A stretch of DNA of 64,000 nt from Octopus vulgaris (GCA_951406725.2 OX597833.1:52514001-52578000), one strand, 5' to 3'; positions 13,125 to 27,432 are shown, counted from the first letter of the stretch. Translations and numbers: made by a program. The notes: generated from the letters alone by a model not told the origin.

Positions 13125-13345
13125 CTTAAGGGCCGGTTTCCCGGATTCAATGGTGTATAAACTCACCACCTGGACGGAACACCGGTCAGTCGCAAGATTA
13201 CCCATCTTTGCCAGCTGAGTGGACTGGGGCAACGTGAAATGAAGTGTTTTGCTAAAGAACACAACATGCCGTCCAGTCCAGGAATCGAAACGACAATCTT
13301 ACGATCCTGAGTCCAACACCCTCTAACCACTGAGCTACGGACGTC
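13125..13345 (-). mobile_element. tRNA-derived SINE (head D, Meta-like tail)
   Basis: Reverse complement of the head gtagctcagtggttagagggtg...ggttcgattcctggac; tail ggtgttccgtccaggtgg...gaaaccggccctta. Confidence 0.7.
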
Positions 13346-13821
13346 TACTACTAAATGAGGTTCGTTAAGATGTTTTGCTTTCTGAAGAAGAAAGTAAGGA
13401 AAGACTGAAAGGCAATTGTACAAGAAACACTTTCAAAACATTTGTAATTAAAATTCGAAGTTAATTTAGCGTAAGGAAAACTAATGTTGCTACTAACAAC
13501 ACGCATTCTTCAAAATAGCATGTTACACACACAAACGCGCGCACACACACACACACACGCACAAACACAAGCACACACACACACAACACACACACAAACA
13601 CACATACAAACACACGCACACACACACAAACACACACAAACACACAGACACACACAAACACACAAACACATACAAATACACACACACACAAACACGCACA
13701 CACAGACACACATGCATGCATGCATACACACACACTCACACACATGTCTATAACTAAATAAATATATGTATATTTACATATATATATATATATATACGTA
13801 TATACGTATTTATATATATAC

Positions 13822-13906
<85 letters not shown>

Positions 13907-14228
13907 AGTGTATGCCTATACACATGTACATATACATGATTCGACAATTGTACATGGTGTGCATGCGCGTGTACTTGACTATGTGTATCAGAGTGCGTGG
14001 GTGTGTGAAGAGAGACAGATATTTATCAATAAGTACAGTAGTGTACAGTAACATATTATTTGGTTAATTATCGTAGATCCCTCTCCAATTTCAAACAAAA
14101 CAATCAGTTAAACATTAAAGAAGAACAATTAGCTGCGGAATGCTCAATTACTGTTATTCCTGAGATAACAATGACAAGTTCCATTTCAGAGGCAAGCAAC
14201 CATACACTGTAACTGTGTATGTGATTAG

Positions 14229-14284
<56 letters not shown>

Positions 14285-14310
14285 TTGTGTCTGATTACGT
14301 GCATGATTAC

Positions 14311-14344
<34 letters not shown>

Positions 14345-14502
14345 GCTCAAACACACACACACACTCACGCACGCACACACTCACACGCAGACGTAATATG
14401 TCTTGTGTGTACAGTTAGACGTACGACCGCTACTGTTAATTCTAGAGTTTCATGCCGATTTTCATCAGCCAGCATGGTTTTCGGTATAAGTGCGGCAAAT
14501 AT

Positions 14503-14563
<61 letters not shown>

Positions 14564-14761
14564 TGTGGGCCAAAAGTTGTTATACACTATTTAAATTAAC
14601 TTATTTTCTATGATGGAATTGTAAATTGTAACAATTACTTAAGCGTACTCCGTGACATAATCGCGGCACAATTTGAACCCAGAGCTAGTTTTTTCGAACT
14701 GTTGGAACTCATTATGCTTTGGTAGTAAGAGACTACCTTGACAATACCTTCATTATGCTTT

Positions 14762-15073
<312 letters not shown>

Positions 15074-15382
15074 GGAGGCGCAATGGCCTAGTGGTTAGGG
15101 CAGCGGACTCGCGGTCGTAGGATCGCGGTTTCGATTCCTAGACCGGGCGTTGTGAGTTTTTTTTTTAGCCAAAGCACCTAAAAGCTCCACGAGGCTCCGG
15201 CAGGAAATGGTAATTCCTGCTGTACTCTTTCACCACAACTTTCTCTCACTCTTTCTTCTGTTGGCCTGCTCGCTTAGCCAGCGGGGTGGCGTTATTTGAA
15301 GGCTAAAACAATGCGAACGCATTGTGACCAGCCATGTGTAACTACATCTGATAGCCTGGTCGGTCACGGTGATCACGGTGAT
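15074..15382 (+). mobile_element. SINE family B head with a third tail type
   Basis: ggaggcgcaatggcctagtggttagggcagcggactcgcgg head; tail ...gatagcctggtcggtcacggtgatcacggtgat. Confidence 0.8.
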
Positions 15383-15479
15383 ATATTTAAATATATATAT
15401 ATAAATATATATATATATGGAAAGAGACAGACAGACAGACTGACAGACAGACAGAGACAGTGAGAGACAGAGAGAGAGT

Positions 15480-15996
15480 AAGAACTTTGCTTCCCAACTA
15501 TATGGATCCGAGTTCAATCCCACTGTACTGCACCTTGAACAAGTGTCTTCTACTATAGCTTCGGACTGACCAAAGCTGACCAAAGAGTGATGATGGGATT
15601 CAAACACAGACACACATATAAAGATATATAGGGAGAATTCATGAAAAAGACAAAAAGCGAAGACAAGTGGTGTAGACAACAAACAGATGTATTAGTATAA
15701 CGTTCAGGAATTGAAAAAAGTATTTTCCGTTTCGAGCCTACGCTCTTCCACAGAAAGGAACACAGAAAGAAACAAAGAGAGACAAAAAAAAGTGTGTAGT
15801 GGCTGCCGACCTATCATAGCGACATGCATTTACGACGTGCTTGTTTCAGTTTCCGTCTACAAAATCCACTCACAAGGCTTTGGTCGGCCCGACATTGTAG
15901 TAGAAGACACTTGCCCATGGTACCACGCAGTGGGTTTGAACCCGGTACCATGTGGTTGGGAAGCAAGCTTCTTTCCACATAGCCATGCCTGCGCCT
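15480..15996 (-). mobile_element. Two partial family C SINEs with an intervening PLE-like remnant (15628-15800)
   Basis: 15830-15996 is a reverse-complemented family C head; 15480-15600 is a plus-strand head fragment. Confidence 0.6.
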
Positions 15997-16475
15997 ATGC
16001 AATTGTACAATTTTACAATACTACATGTTACAATGCTATTCTTTTCCCTCAGTACGTTGTTAGTACTTAATTTATAGCAGAGAGTAATGAGCTTGATTTT
16101 TCAAGATATATAGATTCAGATGTTTTAACATGTCTCTTTTGTATTGAATCGGTATAGCAACTTACGATATAGGATTATCCCTATAAGGTGTAAAAGACAA
16201 CAAGAAACGTCGTCATCAGGAAGGTATCCAGCGGTTAAGACACCGCGTCAGAGAAAGAACCTTGACGTATGCGATTAGAAGATTTTCATGCTTCCCTTGA
16301 AAATTGAGCCCTGCTTCTTTGGAGAAAAAGGCCATAAAAAGAAATCGAATGAAAAGTGATAATCTACACCAATCTTCGCTACTTTCTAAGCTTGTATAAA
16401 AGAACATTCCACTACGACATGCAGAAATTTATGTAACGTATCTAATCCTTCAACAGTGTAAGTGTTTATAAAGCA

Positions 16476-16770
16476 CTAGCAGTATCGCCCGGCGTTGCTC
16501 GGGTTTGTAAGGGAAATAACTATATAAGCATTTTTAGAGTTACTTCCCTTATATAATAGCAAAAAATGTATTAAAAATGGGAAAAAATTATGGTAAATTT
16601 TTTTTCAAATCGTAGACTCATCGTAGACGCGCGCTAATACCCAGAAGGGCTCGATATGAATCACGACTATAAGATACCCGCTTTTAGTTAAACTGCACCG
16701 CAAAATGTGGGAGTAGTTAGGAATCTAAATCGTAGGAGACAGACACACAACTTCACTTTTATATATAAAG
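16476..16770 (-). mobile_element. Non-autonomous Helitron
   Basis: Same family as 12544-12847; ctagcagtatcgcccggcgttgctcggg end. Confidence 0.8.
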
Positions 16771-17943
16771 CATTACTTTAGCGACTTCTGTTCTTACTTG
16801 CAGGAAACAGTGAAACAAAGTAGCTACTTTTGAGCCGCCCTGTACATATGCTTACATAAAGCCATTCGTAGTTTTGAACAAATGATCACCATTAGTGATC
16901 ATTTTCTATCCACCGCGAAAGTTTTAACTAATAAATGGCTAACATTTTTACTTACTACATAATGAATATCCTGTATCCTGAAACATGTTCATATATATTT
17001 ACATATAGAAAAAGTTAAGAGATTCCACATGAGTAAATCGATGTTCAATACAGCTGAAGGTACTTGGAGATTTTTATCACGAATAGAAAGCGAAAATATT
17101 TACATTTTTATTAAAATATTATCATAAGAGATGCAACCAGTTTCAATTGTTTTAAGAGGATTTATTTATGTAATACACAAAAGGAAAATAATAAGATAAA
17201 TCAATTAAATCTGTCATTTAATTTATTTTAATGAATTTTCCCTTCTCTTATCGCATGACTAAGTTTAATTCTTTAATAACTGAAACCGGTAGTCAACCCT
17301 GATGCCTTCCTTCAAATATAGAGTATTTAGAATCACATTTCATTGAATGAAGTGTGATTTAAAAGATTATTGTGCTACTAATCTTAGCCACCACCAATCT
17401 TAGAGGTGGAGCCTCTAGGATTGCATGGCTGTTATAATTATCTGGTGTTGATTTAAAAGATATACTCCCGGTTATAATAGAAACACTTCCCGCTTAATAA
17501 TTTGACCGTGAACCAATTATCAAGAGATCCTGCTGCAATTGTTTTTATAGTTAGGTGTGTTGGCATAAACCACCGGACTTTAGTAATTTAAGTCTGACTA
17601 ATTGGTCTGAGGTATCTAGTGCGATGCCCCTCTGTTCTTAGTTCAAAACTCACCAAGACGTACTAGGGGTTTTATCTCACCAGGGACGAGCAAGTTAGTG
17701 TAGATACGATACGGGGGTCAATTTAATTGAGTCTTATCTCGCACAGTTACAAAAGAAATTAGATTTATATATCTTGCCAAATAATTTTTTATTGCAGTAG
17801 TAATGGTGCGCGGCGGTGGAGGTAGCGGTAGAGGTGATGATAATGGCGGTGGTGGTTGTGGTAGTAACTACTGTTATTGTTGTTGTTATTGCAAATATCA
17901 GTTGATATTGTTGTTTGTAACTCCGTGAAAAATCACCAATTTT

Positions 17944-17979
<36 letters not shown>

Positions 17980-18061
17980 GTTATCATCATCATTATCTTG
18001 TTGTTCTTCTTCTTCTACTTCTTATCATTATTGCTGTTGTTGTTGTTATTATTATTATTAT

Positions 18062-18200
18062 CATTCTATGTTTGACTTTTGCTTTGTCTGTACAAGTTGG
18101 CTCCAAGTCTCACCCAGAGACCTCAAGAGACAACAGGTTGGAAGTTCTGTGCCATATATTTGGGGTTATTTTTTTTTTCTTTTGGTCTTGTACTAGTGAA
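18062..18200 (-). mobile_element. Dong/R4-like 3' UTR fragment beside (TAA)n
   Basis: Reverse complement ...tctcttgaggtctctgggtgagacttggagcc...aaaagtcaaacatagaatga then (taa)n; UTR layout like the 35359 copy. Confidence 0.45.
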
Positions 18201-18280
18201 TGTCTAATACATAAAAATAAAATTAAAAAGAAAAAATTAAATAAAAAAAAGTTTGTTTTAAACCTTGGGATTACATAGAG

Positions 18281-18351
<71 letters not shown>

Positions 18352-18579
18352 CAGTAGTAGTAGTAGTAAGGCGCCGAGCAGTGTGGCCGATGTAACCGAT
18401 TCCCCATTGTTACTGACTTTGCCTTTCCATCCCATCGAGTTCGATAAAATAAAGCACCTGTTGATTACTGGAGTCGATATGATCCACAAGCATCTTCCCC
18501 ACTAATTGTGCCTTTCGTACAAATAATAATAATAATAATAATAATAGTTCTTGTTTCTGTTGTTGTTGTTGTTGTTGTT

Positions 18580-18915
18580 GTCCTGCGCGCGTACGCGAAA
18601 GCAGAGTATTGCAGTCGCTTGTCTTTGTCTGTGTGTTTGCAAAATTAATGGAAAACAGCTAAACAGATTTTCACCAAATTTGGTATAAATACTCATAGGG
18701 TAAGTGGCTTGAAGTCATTAAATTTTAGCTCAATTATCTTCAAAACTGGAGAACAGGTGAATCAAAACGTTTTTCTTTTATCTCTTTGTTACATATGCAT
18801 GAATGACAAACAGGGGAAATAACTCCTGATGTTATTTGGTTGAAATATCAATTCGTCTGAGAATATAATTTTCAAATTAAATTTTATTTTATCCTTGTGT
18901 GCGCGCAGGGTATGC
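18580..18915 (+). mobile_element. Possible DINE-1/Helentron-associated (HINE)-like element
   Basis: GC hairpin near each end (cctgcgcgcgtacgcgaaagcag; tatccttgtgtgcgcgcagggta), gtct/gtgt stretch and aacagattttcaccaaatttggta core. Confidence 0.4.
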
Positions 18916-18951
18916 ATCATCCCTCATTTTTTTCATCACCATCACCATCAC

Positions 18952-18996
<45 letters not shown>

Positions 18997-19045
18997 GTTC
19001 ATCATCATCATCATCATCATGTTCATCATCATCATCATCATCATG

Positions 19046-19085
<40 letters not shown>

Positions 19086-19086
<1 letters not shown>

Positions 19087-19491
19087 GGCAGAATCGTTAG
19101 CACGTTGGCAAAAATGCATAGCGGTATTTCGCCAGTCGCAACGTTTTGAGTTCAAATTCCGCCGAGGTCTACATCGACCCCAGTGTTTCATTGGTGCTTT
19201 CATCTTTTTTTTTTGAGGGGGAGGGCGATAAATTAAGTACCAGTTGCGTATTGGAGTCGCCTTAATTGACTGGCCTCCTCTCCCCCAATATTTCAGGCCT
19301 TATGTCTATAGTAAAAGGGATTATTATTATAATCATTATCATGGCAGAATCGTTAGCACGCTGGACGAAATGCTTGGTGGTGTTACGCCCGTCACTACCT
19401 TCTGAGTTCAAATTCTGCTGAATACGGGGTCGATGTAGACGACTATTTCCATCCCTCAAAATTGCTGCCTTTGTGGCAAAATTTGAAACCC
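19086..19491 (+). mobile_element. Two deleted family A SINEs between (ATT)n tracts
   Basis: tggcagaatcgttagcacg heads at 19086 and 19342. Confidence 0.7.
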
Positions 19492-19654
<163 letters not shown>

Positions 19655-20552
19655 CATTATTATTATTATTATTATTTGACGAATTACACCACCTGGGGTA
19701 TAATATACGGTATGAACGTATATATAGTTTGGGATTGGATAGGGGTCTGAACAAATACAGTTGACAAACCTAATTTTTTGTTTATTTTGTAATTTTTCTT
19801 TCTTTTCTATTTTGCTTTTTATTTTTTTTCATTAGTTTATTTGTTTTGTTTTCTTTTCTGTCTTAATATTTTCAACAGATGATTGCATATATTTGTCTAG
19901 GGATTCTTGGTAAATTCTACAAATTAAGAAATTTAATAAACCTACACTCCCCGAATAACTAAATCTAAATCTGCTTACCCGCCTCACACATCTTCTCTCA
20001 ACATTTGCTATTAATCAACTGCTTTTTCTATACCCTTGGTAATGGAAAGGAAAACGGAAAAGACCTGGAAAAGAGGATCGAGTACAAATGCTGGCATTTT
20101 TTTACCCTTTTTTCCAATTCCCATTCACGACTTAGGGACCCTCTGTGTAACCCATATTGAATTGTAGATGCATATCTCAGTAAACTTATTCAAATACTCT
20201 GTAAAGGTCTCGGTCGCATTGTCTGTTATTCTTTCTCATTTATTTAGACATTGTGAAATACTTCTCCCTGGCTCTCCTCCCTATTTTCCCTCCATATATA
20301 ATATAACACAATATATGTGTATGTGTGCCTGTGTGTATGTACGTGTGTGCGTATATATGTGCTTACACATTTGCATGCGTGTCTCTATAAATACGCATAT
20401 ATTACGTACATTCATATACGCTCACATGGATAACAATGTGCGTATAGAATTTTTGGATGTATATATGCATGTAGAAAGTAAGTATATATTCGTATATATA
20501 TACGTGTATACACATATATATATAGAGAGAGAGATAGAGGGGGAGAGAGAGT

Positions 20553-20614
<62 letters not shown>

Positions 20615-21025
20615 TACATACATATATATATATATGTATGATGTATGTATGTATGTATGTATGTATGTATGTATGTATGTATGTATGTATATGTATTATA
20701 CTTTATTGTGTCTGGGGAGAGTCATTCTCTTTTAAGGCCTTATTACTTAACACACACACTGGTTCGATTTCCACTCATTTACTTTTGTTTTTAAACTTTC
20801 GTTGCTTCCTGCAACCATTTCAATAATAATTGATTTTGTCACTTATCAGAGGAGCGTTCATTTTGTTTGTTTTAGTGCATTTGTGTGCGTCGGTGTGCAT
20901 GTGTATACACATATGTGTGTATGTATGTATACATACATACATGCATACATACATACACACACTCATACATACATACATGCATACATACATACATACATAC
21001 ATACATACATACATACATACATACA

Positions 21026-21059
<34 letters not shown>

Positions 21060-21430
21060 CATACATACATACTTAAATACAGTCCTCAAATCCTCATAGA
21101 ATAATTTTCTCGCTTAGATTTTCTTGGTTTTGAGTCACAAGGATACTTCACATTGGACTTCTTTATAATTGATTACTACGTCAACTGATAGCCGAGTCCG
21201 TAGAAGGAGCTTATTGTAGCAACTGCACTATTCTCAAAATCCATATGTTATACTACTTATACAGCCATGGTGGGCACAATAAGTAGAAAATATGGATTCA
21301 GAGAATAGTGTGGCTGCCACAGTAAGCTCTTCCCATAGAATCAGCTATCAGTTCACACAATAATCAATTAGAAAGATGTGTAACATAAAGTAGTTACGTA
21401 ACTGAAAGTTCAGAAAATCCGAGCGCCAAA

Positions 21431-21464
<34 letters not shown>

Positions 21465-21522
21465 ATATGTATATGTATAATTTATACATATATACATATA
21501 TTAATAGATATCATATATATAT

Positions 21523-21716
21523 AACTCGACCTTTTACTACCCAAGGTCCTGGATGAATCAATATCCAGGCAGGAAACTGAAGAGGGCAGCAGTGTCGGAC
21601 TCTCTCCTTCACCAAAAGCCAATCACATAAAATTGGCCGTTGAAAAGGTGATTACACAAGCAGTGCCCCAGCATGGCCGCAGCCTTAGGGCTGAAACGTA
21701 TAAAACAATAAAAGAA
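21523..21716 (+). mobile_element. 3' fragment of a CR1/L2-group LINE
   Basis: LDLLLPKVLDESISRQET/KRAAVSDSLLHQKPIT* (LDxxLxxVPDEP...RAAxSNSL motif) plus tail gcagtgccccagcatggccgcagccttagggctgaaac. Confidence 0.65.
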
Positions 21717-22324
21717 CTTTCGTATATGCACATAGACACAGAATGAGTGTGTATGTGGTCCTGGGTTAGTAAGTCCAAATTAAACGCGCTCTTTCATCCT
21801 GGGAGTATAAAGGCGAATTTACTATAGATTCCTATATATCGGTCCTAAATATTAAACGCAGTGAGTAATTAGTAGAGAAAATGTTTCCCTAGTGTCGTTA
21901 AAATTTGAAGGTAGCAAACAAGGGAGATAACAAAAATCCAAGTTAAAGTTAATAAAAGTTTGAGCAAAGAGAATGCACATGGGAGTGTATCTTGTCGTTA
22001 GAGCCAAATTGATGATACTGAAAGCAAGGGTCATGCATTTTAAGTGATTAGATTGCACCAAAGAAGACGTATTCAACCAAGCTGGTGAAACTAAAGAGTG
22101 ATAAAGTAGATAATAGATATAGAAGGAACGTAGTAATATATACTGTGAGTATCAATATCGCGGCTGAGACTGTACACATTGGGGAGCTTACTCTATACAA
22201 AATACATACATATAGACATACATACATACCTACATAGAGACAGATAGTCAGACAGACAGGCAGGCAGACAGGCAGGCAGACATACAGACAGAGAGATAAG
22301 ATAGATATATATAGATAAACAGAT

Positions 22325-22477
<153 letters not shown>

Positions 22478-22499
22478 CAGACAGATAGATAGACACATA

Positions 22500-22841
22500 T
22501 TCTTTTATTCTTTTACTTGTTTCAGTCATCTGACTGCGGCCATGTTGGAGCAGTGTTTTTAGTCGAACACATCGACCCCACAACTTATTCTTTGTTTGCA
22601 AGCTTAGTAGTTACTCTATCTGTCTCTTTTGCAGAACCGCTATGTTACGGAGACGTAAACGCACCAACATCGGTTGTCAAGCGATGGTGGGTGGGAACAA
22701 ACACAGACGCACATATATATTTATATAATACAAAATGGGGCAACAAAACATCCAGATAGACAATACAAAAAAACACGGACGGGTCATTCGAAGCCTTTTA
22801 TGTTCAGTCAAGAACCAGATCATTTTCGCAATTTCGGCTGA

Positions 22842-22894
<53 letters not shown>

Positions 22895-22975
22895 GACCTG
22901 CTTCTTTCAGTTTTCGTTTACCAAATCCACTCACCAGGATTTGATCGGCCTGAAACTATATTAGAACACACTTGA
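22500..22975 (-). mobile_element. Family C SINE with an insertion in its internal (TA)n
   Basis: Tail 22500-22710, head 22894-22975, unrelated 22728-22846 between them. Confidence 0.75.
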
Positions 22976-23536
22976 CAACGACGGACGAAATAATATACTT
23001 CACCTGCGTCCCTCCTTTCAATGCAAGGTATGAAATGCCGACTCACGATATAGAAAAAAAAAAGCTGATAATAAATCAGCCTTCAATATGACTATTTCAT
23101 TTCTACGTGAGATAACTTGGAAAAGGTTACATACATGCCATATGTACCATGCTATATGGTTTTGTTCTTAAAAAAATAATCCTTCTGGCAGTTCTCATTA
23201 AGTAATCTCCAGTTATAAGTTAATAAGTTACGAGTTATCACGGAAAATTACGAGAAGCTAAAATTACTTTCTGATATAGATTTAATTAACTTGTATGATC
23301 TATGTATGTTATATCATTTTTCTTGAAGTCTAATTACCAAAGCCACACCAGCAGGTGATTTATATTGCATTTGACAGTTATATAAACAGTCTGATTGAGA
23401 CACACACACACACACATACACACATACATACATACATACATACATACATACATACATACATACATACATACATACATGCATGCATGCATGCATGCATACA
23501 TACATACATACATACATACATACATACATACATACA

Positions 23537-23601
<65 letters not shown>

Positions 23602-23850
23602 GCACACATACACACACATACACACGCAGACACACAAACCCACACACATATATGTATGTATTCATGCATTTGTGTATATGTATGTTTGGCTGTCCCTATG
23701 TCGGTACGCATGTATGTATTATATCAGGTAGGGACAACCTCTTTCGGAAGCAGTCCGCGGGAGACATGGTTATTTTTTAAGTGAGAGGCACTAGTATGAA
23801 ATTTCACACACACACACACATGTCTTTATAGTTAATTAATAAAACATATA

Positions 23851-24080
23851 GGCGGCAAGTTGGCAGAACCGTTAGCACGCCAGGCGAAATGCGTAGCCGT
23901 ATTTCATCTGCCGTTAATTTCTGAGTTCAAATTCCGCCGAGGTCGACTTTGCCTTTCATCCTTTTGGGGTCAATAAATTAAGTACCAGTTACACACTGGG
24001 GTCGATGTAATTGACTTAATTCGTTTGTCTACCCTTGTTTGTCCCCTCTATGTTTAGCCCCTTGTGGGCAATAAAGAAAC
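23851..24080 (+). mobile_element. Family A Nin-SINE, full length
   Basis: 16-bp TSD aattaataaaacatat at 23834-23849 and 24081-24096. Confidence 0.9.
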
Positions 24081-24164
24081 AATTAATAAAACATATGTCA
24101 CAAAAGAAGTACACTTTAAAGAATAGAGCACAAATTGTTAGAACAAAATATTTTATATCTTCGA

Positions 24165-24230
24165 CATAGAGTTACCCAAGGTTTCGTGTCCATAAGCCAA
24201 GGCCCTGTAGACAGCCCGTCAGAATCTATG
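24165..24230 (-). ncRNA. Degenerate type I HHR (family 2) in a PLE 3' remnant
   Basis: Reverse complement CAUAGAUU-CUGACGG-...-GAAA-CCUUGGG-UA-ACUCUAUG; homologous to 11004-11067. Confidence 0.5.
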
Positions 24231-24402
24231 CAAAGACAAAAATATAAAATTTCTACATCGCGGACGTGAGGAAACGCTCAGAAATCCTGTATGCGTATCC
24301 ATATATATATATATATATAATGATATTAGGGAGTAAATCCAAACTTACAGGGAAAAATTAGATTTAGAATTAAATCTAATTTTATAGTATAAATATATAT
24401 AT

Positions 24403-24594
24403 ATTAAATTAGAGATAAAACCACTATTAGGCAAATCAAACAGTGAAAATCATAAACCAATTCATAGAAATAAAATTAATTAATAAAAAATATATAAAAA
24501 ATATAAAATTCAAGATTTAAATCATTTAAATTTAAAGTTAAAATTTTAAAAATTATTTAAATTAATAATTTATACTTATAAATTTTTATATATA

Positions 24595-24631
<37 letters not shown>

Positions 24632-24755
24632 TATAATTTAAATTTTGAATTTTATATTTTTTATATATTTTTTATTAATTAATTTTATTTCTATGTATTG
24701 GTTTATGATTTTCACTGTTTGATTTGCCTAATAGTGGTTTTATCTCTAATTTAAT
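24403..24755. repeat. AT-rich fold-back (120-bp arms) in (TA)n
   Basis: 24403-24522 is the reverse complement of 24636-24755. Confidence 0.85.
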
Positions 24756-24791
24756 ATATATATATATATATATATATACACTCACACGCCT

Positions 24792-24866
<75 letters not shown>

Positions 24867-24876
24867 TATATATAGG

Positions 24877-25188
24877 AGCACTCCGTCGGTTATGACGACG
24901 AGGGTCCCAGCTGATACAATCAACTGAACAGCTTGCTCGTGAAACTAACGTGCAAGTGGCTGAGCACTCCACAGACCCGAGTACCCTTAACGTAGTTCTC
25001 AGGGAGATTCAGCGTGACACAGTGTGTGGAAAGGCTGGTCCTTTGAAATACAGGTACTACTCATTTTTGCCAGGTGAGTGGACTGGAGTAACGTAAAATA
25101 AAGCGTCTTGTTCAAGGACACAACGCGTCCCCGGGAATTGAACTCTCGACCATACGATCGTGAACTGAATGCCCTAACCGCTAAGCCA
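24877..25188 (-). mobile_element. SINE head D with family B-type tail
   Basis: Tail gcactccgtcggttatgacgacgagggtcccag is shared with 2077; different head gtggcttagcggttagggcattc. Confidence 0.8.
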
Positions 25189-26140
25189 CTCTCTTTCGCA
25201 CACACACATACCCCACACACACACACACATATATATGTCTAAGTGTGTGTTATGTGTTTATATATATATATGTATATATCAAGCAGTTGTTTCAACTACT
25301 TCTCATCAGGTAAAATCGATATCGATCGCAAGTCAACTCTCCCTGAAATTATCATTGATGGTGACCTTAATACAGAGTTAATCCTTCAGCTTTCTCTCTT
25401 TCTCTCCATCTCTCCTTCCCTCTAATTCTCCCATTCTCTCTCTTTTTCTCTCTATCTTTTTCTTGTCCGATGTCAGCACCAGAGAAGCTGAAACACGAAC
25501 CGTTAACCTCTCAGATGGTTGTTAGGTATCCTATCGTCTTAGACAAACAAGTACAGCCATGCTACGATACGACCAAATAGATGTAAGGAAAAAATATTCA
25601 ATGACTAAGATATCTGACATCCTCTCACTGCTCGGTTTAGGTATTCGGTCCAGGTATTGTATTGATCCGGTTCTAAATATAGATATTCCTTTTGCGTATA
25701 TATTTGTCTCTTGAATAACCATAACAGACAGTATAAAAAGCAATGAAGGTAGGCATAAACAAACACATGGACATACAAAAACACCGCTAATAATTCAAAA
25801 CGCCAATACACTCGCTATGTTTCGACTTCGATTGCATATGATACGCTATACGTACTGAGATACACACTTAGAAAAAATAAATATTTCATCGATTATTAAC
25901 AGGGAAATTTAAATGATAATTACCGAAGTAAATTCTATCCTAACATACATACGCATACTTATACACATGTGTGTATGGTGAGAGATAAATCTATCGGAAA
26001 CTGTAATTAAAACAGTCATCCTATTTCTATTTTAATTCAATTCATCGATTTTATTTTCGACTTTTCCCCAAGCTTTTACCGAATTTCTACAGTGCCGTAT
26101 TAGTTTCTTTCCCGTCATATACATACATACATACATACAT

Positions 26141-26220
<80 letters not shown>

Positions 26221-26989
26221 CTATTAAAATAAGCAATACGACCGAATATAAAAGACGAATCAATTTAGTCGAAATATAATGATTTCCTGGGGTCAAGTAA
26301 AAGAGATATGCGATGTGATGGTAATATCTGTGATAAGGAAGAATCTGAGGCTTATTAAATAATTTTTGATGAGTTTAACATCAGTCGCGTTCGTAGTTAA
26401 TGAGAGGAAGTTGAAATAGGACTCCCATTAATTAGCCATTTTCCACTTCATGTCTTTTTTTTTTTAATTTGCTTTTTATTTCTTTTATTATTTTCTTTTT
26501 TTTTTCGTTTCTGTGTTTTTGCACATCTGATTATGCTTTGTACTACAGTCTTAGGTTCTTTTCTGATAGATATCTATCTGTCTATTTGATTATCTCTTAG
26601 TTTGCATATCTGTCTGTCTGTCTGTTTGTCTACTTGTCTACCTCACCACGTACACGACAGTCTTTCTATCTGTCTGTGTCGTTTAGTTCAAGACATTCTA
26701 CCTGCCTGTCTGCCTTCTTCAGTGATTGCATGCTTCTCTCTACGGCTGTCTGCCAGCTTGCATTCCTCTGTATCTGGTTATTGTTAATCAGCACGTATAT
26801 CTATCCATATGCTTAAATATATACTATAATTTCCCCATACACACACACAGAAATACAAACATACGCACATGATACTAGCTCATACGCACAAAGCAGTATA
26901 TCTGTGTGTGTGTGTATTCCTTTATTCCTTTATTCCTTTACTTGTTCCTGCCATTTTGAACGACGAATTAACAAAATTCCTTTATTTTA

Positions 26990-27072
26990 TTTTCGACATA
27001 TGTTTCGAAGGCTGCATATTCCTAATTTCGAAGGAATAAGGGGTGCATTATGCCGCCTTCTCATCAGGAAAA
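26990..27072 (-). ncRNA. Canonical type I hammerhead ribozyme (family 3, mirror copy)
   Basis: Exact reverse complement of 27132-27214. Confidence 0.88.
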
Positions 27073-27131
27073 GTAAGGAACTTATGTCAGCATCAAGATG
27101 CACAAACTTGATGCTGACATAAGTTCCTTAC

Positions 27132-27214
27132 TTTTCCTGATGAGAAGGCGGCATAATGCACCCCTTATTCCTTCGAAATTAGGAATATGCAGCCTTCGAA
27201 ACATATGTCGAAAA
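27132..27214 (+). ncRNA. Canonical type I hammerhead ribozyme (family 3)
   Basis: UUUUC-CUGAUGA-GAAGGC..GCCUUC-GAAA-CAUAUG-UC-GAAAA; GUC cleavage after 27209; palindromic stem III ACAUAUGU. Confidence 0.88.
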
Positions 27215-27257
27215 TAAAATAAAGGAATTTTGTTAATTCGTCGTTCAACTCCATTCC

Positions 27258-27308
<51 letters not shown>

Positions 27309-27432
27309 GACGGGCTTCTTTCAATTTCTGTCAATCAAATCTACTCACAAGGCTTTGGTCGGTCCGAGGCTATACTTGAAGACGCTTGCCCGTATCCAGG
27401 CTATACTCCAAACACTGAATTGTTTCCTAAAA

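Larger units (their letters stand above)
26956..27248. mobile_element. Perfect fold-back (142-bp arms, 9-bp spacer) carrying HHRs
   Basis: 26956-27097 is the reverse complement of 27107-27248; (TA)n follows. Confidence 0.9.

Noticed and set aside
14560-14590. Tc1-like TIR (TA|cagtgtgggccaaaag)
   Set aside because: No matching opposite terminus found nearby.
15715-15765. HHR-like motif on the minus strand (GAGC-GUAG-GCUC-GAAAC)
   Set aside because: The core reads CUGUGGAA rather than CUGANGA and stems I/III are not convincing; at best a decayed relic.
19690-20260. Possible decayed PLE endonuclease on the minus strand
   Set aside because: No frame gives a recognisable GIY-YIG signature.
20790-20825. 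HHR-like stem II plus GAAA on the minus strand (GUUGC/GCAAC)
   Set aside because: The CUGANGA core and stem I are too decayed to call.
25520-25760. Possible third CR1-like 3' end (YLDRIPKP; agcatggctg tail)
   Set aside because: Similarity too weak without a profile search.
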